Shown here in pieces: positions 10,116-17,285 of a stretch of DNA of 64,000 nt. The DNA comes from Minisyncoccota bacterium. Lineage in GTDB: Bacteria; Patescibacteriota; Minisyncoccia; Phycocordibacterales; Phycocordibacteraceae. Position numbers and translations under genes: made by a program. Position 1 is the first letter of the stretch; every line of letters starts with the position of its first letter. The notes under the pieces are model-generated. The model worked only from the letters and a program-made list of their open reading frames with translations. It made no database searches and was not told the origin of the DNA. The stretch lies in NCBI GenBank assembly GCA_022842945.1, contig JALHOO010000001.1, forward strand, positions 24,847 through 88,846, in the 5' to 3' direction.

Positions 10116-11154
10116 CGAACCTCGTATTCTTAAATATACTGAAGCCTTGAGAGAGGCTACGGAGCAAGCAATGGCAGAGGACCCGTCCGTGTTCGTCATC
10201 GGTCTTGGTGTGTCATACAAGAACGGGGCAGACGGTACTACTGCAGGTTTGAAGGAGCTGTACCCAGAGCGCGTTCTCGACGTGCCTGTTTCAGAGGATG
10301 CGTTTACGGGTATGGCGGTAGGAGCTGCGATACATGGCATGCGTCCTATCGTGCACCACGGACGTGTGGAGTTTGCGCTCTTCGCAGCTGATCATATTTG
10401 TACGCAGGCGGCTAAGTGGAACTACATGTTTGGAGGGAACAATCCGGTACCTGTGGTGTTTCGTATCAATGTTGGACGTCAGTGGGGTAACGGTCCTCAG
10501 CACACCCAGTCGCTCTTCGGTCTCTTTGGAAGCGTGCTAGGACTTAAAGTGGTCATCCCGTCATCTCCGTACATGGCGAAGGGCCTCCTCAGAGCAGCGA
10601 TTAAGGATAATAATCCCGTCGTGCTTCTCGAGTCTCGGTGGGTATTTCCGGTAAAGCAGGAGGTGCCAGAAGAAGCATACGAGCTTCCGCTCGATAAGGC
10701 GCATGTGGTGCAATCGGGTAACGACCTTACCGTGGTGGCGTATGGCGACGGTGTTATTGCGGCCCGCGAAGCGATCGAACTTATTGGCGATCAAGTTGAC
10801 GTGGAGCTTATCGATCTTGTGAGCATTAACCCAATTGACGAAGAGACGATACATGCCTCCCTCAAGAAAACGGGGAGACTCCTTACGGTTGATACGACTA
10901 GTGCATCGTTCAGTATTGGTTCTGAGGTTGCTGCTCGCGCGCTGCGCATGAGTGATGTTACGTTCCGTACAACACCGGGTATGCTCTCGTGTCCTGATGT
11001 CCCGTGCCCGACGTCCACTGCCCTTAGTGAGGCGTACTACCCAACTAAGGTAGATATTGCCAATGCCATACTTGCGCAGTGCGGAAAGGACCAGATAACA
11101 AAGGAGCTTACGTTTGAGGAACTGCACCTGCCCCCTACACACACCATCGTATGA
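10108..11154 (+). CDS. TPP-dependent dehydrogenase E1 component, beta subunit
   Basis: Transketolase-like Pyr and C-terminal domains (FRINVGRQWGNGPQHTQSLFGLFGSVLGLKVVIPSSPYMAKGLL). The start ATG overlaps the alpha-subunit stop (ATGCATAA). Confidence 0.85.
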   Translation: MHNEPRILKYTEALREATEQAMAEDPSVFVIGLGVSYKNGADGTTAGLKELYPERVLDVPVSEDAFTGMAVGAAIHGMRPIVHHGRVEFALFAADHICTQAAKWNYMFGGNNPVPVVFRINVGRQWGNGPQHTQSLFGLFGSVLGLKVVIPSSPYMAKGLLRAAIKDNNPVVLLESRWVFPVKQEVPEEAYELPLDKAHVVQSGNDLTVVAYGDGVIAAREAIELIGDQVDVELIDLVSINPIDEETIHASLKKTGRLLTVDTTSASFSIGSEVAARALRMSDVTFRTTPGMLSCPDVPCPTSTALSEAYYPTKVDIANAILAQCGKDQITKELTFEELHLPPTHTIV

Positions 11155-11894
11155 AGAAGATTCTCGTTGTAGGAGAGAGCTGTAAGGACGTGTTTGTGTA
11201 CTGTCATGCACAGCGTCTGGCGCCTGATTTGCCGATACCTATCCTTGACGTTATTGATGAGAGCGAGAACCCTGGTATGGCCGCAAACGTTGAGCGGAAC
11301 ATAAAGAATATCTACCCTCATTGCGACCTTGCTACAAATGACGGGTGGGAGAGTGTTACGAAGACCAGGTACATGCACGGGAAGACTAACCATGCGTTCA
11401 TACGCATTGACTCGAAGCACCCGATTGCTGCTGCTGACATTCACGCGCTCCCGCTTGTAGACTACGACATTGTCGCTATCTCAGACTACAACAAGGGGTA
11501 CCTTTCTGAAGATGATATTGAGTATATCTGTAAGAACCACTCGTGTGTCTTTATCGATACGAAGAAGGTGCTCGGACCCTGGGTAGACGAAGCAACGTTC
11601 ATCAAGATCAATGATTTCGAGTACGAACGCTCCAAAGCAACTATTACACCCGTACTAGCAACGAAGATCATCCGTACTGAAGGAGAGAACGGTGCGTTTT
11701 TTAACGATACCCACTATCCGGTTTCGGAAAAAGTGGAAGTGCAGGACACGAGTGGCGCGGGCGACAGTTTCTTTGCAGCGCTTGTGGTTAGGTATGCAGA
11801 GACGGGGTCTATTAACGAAGCTATTGAGTTTGCGAATGACTGTGCGCGAAGGGCTGTTGCACAACGTGGCGTAACGGTTATTGAACGTCCGTAG
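11151..11894 (+). CDS. PfkB-family sugar kinase, probable D-glycero-beta-D-manno-heptose-7-phosphate kinase (RfaE domain I/HldA-like)
   Basis: PfkB C-terminal signature DTSGAGDSFFAALVV and N-terminal KILVVGESCKDVFV. Overlaps E1-beta (ATGA) and sits next to the HldC-like gene. Confidence 0.65.
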   Translation: MKKILVVGESCKDVFVYCHAQRLAPDLPIPILDVIDESENPGMAANVERNIKNIYPHCDLATNDGWESVTKTRYMHGKTNHAFIRIDSKHPIAAADIHALPLVDYDIVAISDYNKGYLSEDDIEYICKNHSCVFIDTKKVLGPWVDEATFIKINDFEYERSKATITPVLATKIIRTEGENGAFFNDTHYPVSEKVEVQDTSGAGDSFFAALVVRYAETGSINEAIEFANDCARRAVAQRGVTVIERP

Positions 11895-11897
11895 CGT

Positions 11898-12380
11898 ATG
11901 GGAAAGATTCTTCCATTCGAGCGCTTACTAGAAGAGGTTGAGCAATTGAGGAAGGCCGGGAAGACTATCGTTGCAACCAATGGTTGCTTCGATCTTCTGC
12001 ATGTGGGACATGTTCGTAATCTAGAAGCCACAAAGGCGCTGGGCGACGTGCTCGTGGTTGGTCTCAATTCCGATAAGTCAGTGCGCGAAGGAAAGGGAGA
12101 TGCGCGTCCTATCGTTCCAGAAGCAGAACGTGCTGAAATGCTCGCAGCGCTCTCATCTGTTGACTACGTATTTATATATTCTGAGCGAACGCCGTTTTCT
12201 TGGATTACTGTGCTCCGACCTGATATCCATACCAAAGGGGGAGGGGAAGACATTCGCTCCCACCCCGATCTTCAGGCGCAAATTGATGTTGTTGAGGCGG
12301 CTGGAGGAAGATTCGTGTTAGTTGAGCATCATGATGGGCGGTCCAGTTCTCACATGGTCGAAAAGATACGAAGTAAATAA
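11898..12380 (+). CDS. Cytidylyltransferase-like nucleotidyltransferase, probable D-beta-D-heptose-1-phosphate adenylyltransferase (RfaE domain II/HldC-like)
   Basis: Motifs VATNGCFDLLHVGHVRNLE...VVGLNSDKSVREGKGDARPIV...VDYVFIY. Confidence 0.8.
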   Translation: MGKILPFERLLEEVEQLRKAGKTIVATNGCFDLLHVGHVRNLEATKALGDVLVVGLNSDKSVREGKGDARPIVPEAERAEMLAALSSVDYVFIYSERTPFSWITVLRPDIHTKGGGEDIRSHPDLQAQIDVVEAAGGRFVLVEHHDGRSSSHMVEKIRSK

Positions 12381-12383
12381 AGG

Positions 12384-12413
12384 AAAGCGGACGACCGAAG
12401 GTCGTCCGCTTTG
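12384..12413. terminator. Bidirectional intrinsic terminator between convergent genes
   Basis: Hairpin AAAGCGGACGACC-GAAG-GTCGTCCGCTTT. Confidence 0.6.
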
Positions 12414-12432
12414 TAGTTCTTGCTTACTCTAG

Positions 12433-13071
12433 CTACAGAAGAATGCGCATCAGGCGCACGATTCCTGCGAGCGTGAGTGCATCAGCCGAGAGAAGGACCG
12501 ATTCCTTCCATGGCATGAAGTAGAGGTCACTTTCTTTTGCGTGATGAATCAGGTGCGCGCGAGGTCTCCATCGCGTTTCCGAAATTTGCACGAGGTCCTT
12601 AATCGGGCATTCAAGAGCAAATGTCGGCATGCCCTCGCCCTCGTGAGGATTCTGAACGAAGTACATACGATCAGAATTTACCGGAAGTCCTGGAAGCAGG
12701 CGAGCACCTGAAGTGTTGATGCCCCCTTCTTCTTGGCTTTCGCGGCATTGGGCTTCCTCGGGAGATTCATCGACTTCGACAAAACCACCGAGTAAGCACC
12801 ACACCTTTTCCGGCCCCATATTAGGCCGAGATTCGTGTACGAGACCGATGAGTATCTCGCCTGCAGGTGTCCTTGACCAAGTTACGGTCGTGGCGCCACC
12901 TTTTCCAGGTTTAAATGCCCAGCCGTTAAAATTCTCAGGACGCCATCCGAAGACAAAGACCCCATACTCAGAACTTATTTCCAGATGGCGCGGATAGATG
13001 TTTTCGCCATCTGCCCGAATAGTCCATGTAAGTGGTTTTTCTGGTGGAACAGGCGCTATAGCAAATGTCAC
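12433..13071 (-). CDS. NUDIX hydrolase
   Basis: Complete Nudix box GGFVEVDESPEEAQCRESQEEGGI (G-x5-E-x7-REUxEExGU). Confidence 0.7.
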   Translation of the reverse strand: MTFAIAPVPPEKPLTWTIRADGENIYPRHLEISSEYGVFVFGWRPENFNGWAFKPGKGGATTVTWSRTPAGEILIGLVHESRPNMGPEKVWCLLGGFVEVDESPEEAQCRESQEEGGINTSGARLLPGLPVNSDRMYFVQNPHEGEGMPTFALECPIKDLVQISETRWRPRAHLIHHAKESDLYFMPWKESVLLSADALTLAGIVRLMRILL

Positions 13072-13175
13072 GTGTGTAACTCCACTGTGTGAATATGAAC
13101 GTCAATCTTATTGCATTTAATCACATTTAGCTTAATAAGTCAATATGTAGGTACCTATCCCCTAATACCAAGTAT

Positions 13176-13781
13176 ATGAAGAAAAGGAGTATAATACGGG
13201 AAATGAGGAAAACCATCATGATGTGGGATGTGTTGAAATCCCTTAATGAAGAACATCAGTCTGCAGCAAGAAAAGACTTGAGGCTTACTTTTGAGTCCGA
13301 AACTGGTTTCGTTAAAAGAGATCAGCTCATCTATCTTTACGCGATACAACATGAAGGGTTTCTCCTTTGGAGAAAAGCAAGACACCTGTGGTGGCGCTAT
13401 TTCCACAAGCATAGGTTCCAAGGAGTTTGCTTGCATTGCAAGCTAGAAGATCTTGAACTTTCAAACTACAAAGAGGTTGGTAGAAAGCAGCGAGAGCTGA
13501 TGGGAAAGATAGATAGGGTCTTAAAAAAGGCGGAAAACTGTACACCCAAACTTGTTGAGGTTAAGGATTTGCATGACGGCTTCTATGAAGATGGCAAGAA
13601 GAAAATGGAGCGGAACATAAGGCTTACTCAGGCAGGAGAGGACTTCGTCGAGTTTGAAGGTCTTTTAAAGAAATTATGGGACGAAGATTGGAAGGTCATG
13701 ACAGGAATTGTGAGCACAATTATTGCTCTGATAACCAGCTTAACTTTATTGATCATTAAAGTTATCGAATTAGCTTCTTAG
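13176..13781 (+). CDS. Hypothetical tail-anchored membrane protein (passenger of the IS element)
   Basis: Soluble N-terminal region of about 175 aa and a single C-terminal TM helix (IVSTIIALITSLTLLIIKVI). AT-rich codon usage differs from the neighbours. Confidence 0.45.
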   Translation: MKKRSIIREMRKTIMMWDVLKSLNEEHQSAARKDLRLTFESETGFVKRDQLIYLYAIQHEGFLLWRKARHLWWRYFHKHRFQGVCLHCKLEDLELSNYKEVGRKQRELMGKIDRVLKKAENCTPKLVEVKDLHDGFYEDGKKKMERNIRLTQAGEDFVEFEGLLKKLWDEDWKVMTGIVSTIIALITSLTLLIIKVIELAS

Positions 13782-13930
13782 CTTTTGGTTTAATTTGGTT
13801 ATCCACAATATTAAATATGGTCTATGTAGGCCATATTTACCTGATTATCGTTGACGCTGTCGCTGTCGCGTGTATACTACTAGTACATATGGCTTCGGCC
13901 TCGCCCCGCCTCGTGTGGGGCAAAATTCGT

Positions 13931-14344
13931 TTATGGGAAAAGAGTGGTTTTTAAAGAAGCCACGACTTTATTAAAAGTTGGCTCATCCAGTGTTGCCATT
14001 TTCTTTACGAGCCTTCTGGCATCAATTGTTCTGACCTGTGACAGTATTACAGATCCGTCTCCCTCGTCGCCGATTTCACCTAAGTAAACGTGCCACTTAC
14101 TATTCTCCCTTTTCCTCCCAGTCAGGGCGACGCCAAAGAATTGAGATTTGTTAAATCCCCGAATTATTAAGACTGGTCGATCAAAGTTCTCTCCCGTACC
14201 GTCTTGCTCTGTACCAATGTTAACTCCTAGGGCACACCACCAAATCTCACGTTCATTGTAGAAAGGATGGTCTTCTTTAGAGTGCAGACCCTTCTTGGTT
14301 GGATGCCATGCCTCAAAATCCTTAGTATAGGGTTCCTCGTTCAT
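13931..14344 (-). CDS. MazF/PemK(Kid)-family endoribonuclease toxin-like protein with N-terminal extension
   Basis: Aligns with Kid/PemK: EIWWCALGVNIGTEQDG...RPVLIIRGFN...FFGVALTGR...VILSQVRTIDARRL...NKVVASLKTTL, versus the Kid pattern EIWLV.LDPT.G.EQ.G.RPVLIV...FN...V.VT...Q.RTID...N.VL.RL.TIL. Confidence 0.55.
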   Translation of the reverse strand: MNEEPYTKDFEAWHPTKKGLHSKEDHPFYNEREIWWCALGVNIGTEQDGTGENFDRPVLIIRGFNKSQFFGVALTGRKRENSKWHVYLGEIGDEGDGSVILSQVRTIDARRLVKKMATLDEPTFNKVVASLKTTLFP

Positions 14345-14431
14345 TTGCAGATTATTCTACGCCTTTTTGCGCGGTGCGCTATACTTTCTACATGTCCGAA
14401 CGCAACAACTTCTTCGACCTCTTAAAGAAAG

Positions 14432-15253
14432 CTATCGGCTCGCCCGTTCCAACAGGTGGGCAAACACCGGAACCGGAGAGTTCCGAAGGTTATAACGATA
14501 CGCAAACTCGTCCAAGTACGCCTGAAGGTGCTGGGGAGACACGAACGCGTACGTCCCCCGAACAGACTTCTTAAACTGGCCCCAGAAGCCTTCAATGGTG
14601 TTGGTGTGCGTATCGCCCCAGGTGTAGTGATTCTTGCCGTGCTTCACGTTGGTATGGCTGTAGCCGTACGCGCGGTATGAGAGCTTATCGTAGCCACGGT
14701 ACTCATCCGTCATAACGCGGGTACCGCGCTCTACGTTCTCTTTAACCATAGGCAGGATAACTTCTGCACGGCGGTTAGGGGCCTTCTTCACACGTACGCG
14801 TCCCTGACGCTCAACCATACCGATAACCGCGTCCTTGTTCTTGAACTTCATCGAGTTCTTGCCCTGCTTTCCGTAGTACGTCTCGTCTATCTCAACTACG
14901 CCGGACAACGGATCGCCGCCCTGCTCCATGAGGGCGCGAATCTGGTGTCCCATGCGCCACGCGCACTTGTACGTCACGCCAAGCTGACGCTGTAGCTCCT
15001 TGGCCGAAACCCCGTTCTTCGAGGACGCAAAGAGGAATATCGCATGGAACCAGAGCGTGAGGGGTGTAGAGGACTTCTCAAAGATAGTCCCTGCAAGGGG
15101 GTGTATCTGCTTTCCCTGAGGGTTAGCGTATGCCTTGCGCTTACTCATACGGCAAAACTGCTTCGCGTCAGGGTATTTCTGGCGGAATATGTAATCTAGG
15201 CACGCTTCATCTGTAGGAAACTCTTTGTGGAGGTCTTTAATCGTGTACTTCAT
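14432..15253 (-). CDS. IS1595-family (ISXO2-like) DDE transposase
   Basis: Motifs VVEIDETYYG, MTDEYRGY and HTNTIEGFWGQFKKSVRGTYAFVSPQHLQAYLDEFAYRYNLRN, which are the characteristic IS1595 C-terminus. An N-terminal zinc-ribbon-like region is present. Confidence 0.8.
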   Translation of the reverse strand: MKYTIKDLHKEFPTDEACLDYIFRQKYPDAKQFCRMSKRKAYANPQGKQIHPLAGTIFEKSSTPLTLWFHAIFLFASSKNGVSAKELQRQLGVTYKCAWRMGHQIRALMEQGGDPLSGVVEIDETYYGKQGKNSMKFKNKDAVIGMVERQGRVRVKKAPNRRAEVILPMVKENVERGTRVMTDEYRGYDKLSYRAYGYSHTNVKHGKNHYTWGDTHTNTIEGFWGQFKKSVRGTYAFVSPQHLQAYLDEFAYRYNLRNSPVPVFAHLLERASR

Positions 15254-15319
15254 TACCTATATCCTATACCAAGAGCTACTTGGCATCAAGGGATAGGTAC
15301 CAATATGTATTCCTTTTGG

Positions 15320-16567
15320 CTATTTTGCTCTCCAATATAGGAAGACTCCAAATCCAAGAACGAAGAAGCTGGTAAGTACACGTCCGGCGATAAGTCCTGC
15401 TAGGCCGAAGAGGAGGATACCCGATACCTGAAACAGTATCTGCATGATGGGGTTAACCGTATTGAAGAGATAGAGCGTCTTAACGTGTGCGTGTGCGATA
15501 AGGGCATTCGTAAGAACTCCTCCCATAGTTGCGGCAAGCGTAAGTGCGTACCATTGTGAATATGGAACCGCTTCCATGTAGGCAGGGAAGAAGATCGAGA
15601 AGAGTGGAAACGTAATAAGCATGTAGGCACCTGCAAGGAGCGCGGAAAGAAACGTGCCAACCAGGAGACGATACCCAAGACCCTGTCTAATCTCATGAGG
15701 CTTCTTGCCAACAAACTTCGGGAAGGCGGCCGCCGGGATGAATTTAAAGAGCGCACCAATGCGATCGGGGATGGCAGTTGAGAAACTGTAAATAGCGAGT
15801 GCTGCGGGACCGAGAAGGTGGAAGGTAAGAATATTGTCGATCTGCGAAGCAAGGCTTCCAAGGAGCCCCATGATGCTTAGGTGCCCACCATACCGTAAGG
15901 CCTTCGGGTCTACCGCTGTATTTGGCTTATAGGTAATGAGCGTATGCCGATAGGCAATGAATAGACCAATTGCCTGAGCGATAAGGTTTGCTCCAAGCAG
16001 AATCAATGCGGCGTCATAGAACACCGCAGCAACGCCCACACAAAGATAGTAGGGAATGTTCCACCAGAGACTGTAGAAGAACCCTCGTTTGAAATCCCTC
16101 TTTGCCTGTAGGTATGAGCCATAGGTGCTGAACGCATTGTTCAAAGGAACAAATACGCCAATGAGTATCAGACCCCACCCAATAGTCTGGTCTCCGGTGT
16201 AGAGAAAGTACGCGCCACCTACCCATGCGCCAATGAGGGGAAATATGCCCCAGCGCAACTGAGCCATAAGTGCAGAGTGTACGGACCCTTCAAACCCAAG
16301 TGCGACTGATCGCGTTACAGCACTCTTCATGCCCGTTAGAGTAAAAGCACCCACAACAGCACCGAGAGAGAGTAGGTACTGATATGTGCCGTAGGTTTCC
16401 TTTGTGAGGAAGTGACTGAAGGCGACGTAGAGAAGGAAGGAAGCGACAGATACGAAGATGGTCCCGGCATTTGACCAGAAGCCAGTCGTGGCGAGGTAGA
16501 CCATGTCGGTCTTCGTAAACCGCTCAGCGGAGCGGAGGAGGCGATGGGTTCGGCCACGGAGGTCCAT
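15320..16567 (-). CDS. Polysaccharide/oligosaccharide flippase (Wzx-like, MOP superfamily)
   Basis: About 12 predicted TM helices. The N-terminus is typical of Polysacc_synt proteins (FTKTDMVYLATTGFWSNAGTIFVSVASFLLYVAFSHFLTKETYGTYQYLLSL). Confidence 0.65.
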   Translation of the reverse strand: MDLRGRTHRLLRSAERFTKTDMVYLATTGFWSNAGTIFVSVASFLLYVAFSHFLTKETYGTYQYLLSLGAVVGAFTLTGMKSAVTRSVALGFEGSVHSALMAQLRWGIFPLIGAWVGGAYFLYTGDQTIGWGLILIGVFVPLNNAFSTYGSYLQAKRDFKRGFFYSLWWNIPYYLCVGVAAVFYDAALILLGANLIAQAIGLFIAYRHTLITYKPNTAVDPKALRYGGHLSIMGLLGSLASQIDNILTFHLLGPAALAIYSFSTAIPDRIGALFKFIPAAAFPKFVGKKPHEIRQGLGYRLLVGTFLSALLAGAYMLITFPLFSIFFPAYMEAVPYSQWYALTLAATMGGVLTNALIAHAHVKTLYLFNTVNPIMQILFQVSGILLFGLAGLIAGRVLTSFFVLGFGVFLYWRAK

Positions 16568-16643
16568 TACTAGGTAATACTAGCCTGGAACCGACTAAGG
16601 TTACAGGAACACGTTGTCTAGGATATGTGTCGGTCGTATCATA

Positions 16644-17243
16644 ATGATTATGAAGAATCCAATCTCGGTTGATATTTCAAACGCATTCGATGAACTGGCA
16701 TTGCTCTTATCAACCCTGAAAGAGGACCAAGCATTACAGGTCTCAGTACAGAGCGCCGCCGACCTGCTCTACGAAAAGCTTTTAGAGGGTGGTGTGCTTT
16801 ACACTGCTGGCAACGGAGGAAGTGCTGCAGAGGCCCAGCACCTTACCGCAGAGTTCATTGGACGTTTTCGACGGGAGCGTCGCCCTTTTCCTGCTATGGC
16901 GCTTACCGCTGAAAGCTCTGCCGTAACGGCGATTGGAAATGATTATTCCTTTGACGAAATATTCGCACGTCAGATTACGGCACTCGGGAAGCCCAATGAT
17001 GTGTTCATTGCCTTAACAACCAGTGGCAACTCGCCGAATATTATTCAGGCACTTCATGCTGCAAAGAAGAAAGGAGTAGCAACTATTAGTCTCCTTGGAA
17101 AGGGGGGCGGGATGGCAAAGGGTATTGCTGATATAGATATTATTATTCCCTCAGATACGACCGCTCGGATTCAAGAGGTGCACCTTTTGGTTATTCACGC
17201 CGTGTGCGAGGCTTTTGATACGCGTCTCCTTGGGTCTGATTGA
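16644..17243 (+). CDS. gmhA: Phosphoheptose isomerase (sedoheptulose-7-phosphate isomerase) GmhA, SIS domain
   Basis: Motifs YTAGNGGSAAEAQHLTAEFIGRF, VFIALTTSGNSPNII and ISLLGKGGG. Start chosen at ATG 16644; the track ORF begins at TTG 16614. Confidence 0.8.
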   Translation: MIMKNPISVDISNAFDELALLLSTLKEDQALQVSVQSAADLLYEKLLEGGVLYTAGNGGSAAEAQHLTAEFIGRFRRERRPFPAMALTAESSAVTAIGNDYSFDEIFARQITALGKPNDVFIALTTSGNSPNIIQALHAAKKKGVATISLLGKGGGMAKGIADIDIIIPSDTTARIQEVHLLVIHAVCEAFDTRLLGSD

Positions 17244-17285
17244 TAAAGAGCGTAAGGGTGTGGCGCATAGTATACTGGCCCTATC

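Larger units (their letters stand above)
13150..15301 (-). mobile_element. IS1595-family element with passenger genes, about 2.15 kb
   Basis: Imperfect terminal inverted repeats of about 25 bp both begin GGTACCTATCCC (13150-13174 and 15277-15301, 22/25 matches). An 8-bp direct repeat AATATGTA flanks the element at 13142-13149 and 15302-15309. An IS1595/ISXO2-like DDE transposase lies inside, and the interior 13180-14400 is AT-rich. Confidence 0.7.

Noticed and set aside
13782-13930. Palindromic stretches (ATATGG...CCATAT and GCCCCGCCTCGTGTGGGGC) between the two passenger genes of the IS element
   Set aside because: The stems are short or imperfect and are not followed by T-tracts. They could be weak terminators for the convergent pair, but the evidence is insufficient to call a feature.
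14374-14680. Plus-strand ORFs of 66 and 74 aa overlapping the 3' end of the IS1595 transposase
   Set aside because: They are antisense to a well-conserved transposase C-terminus, have no features, and are likely spurious.
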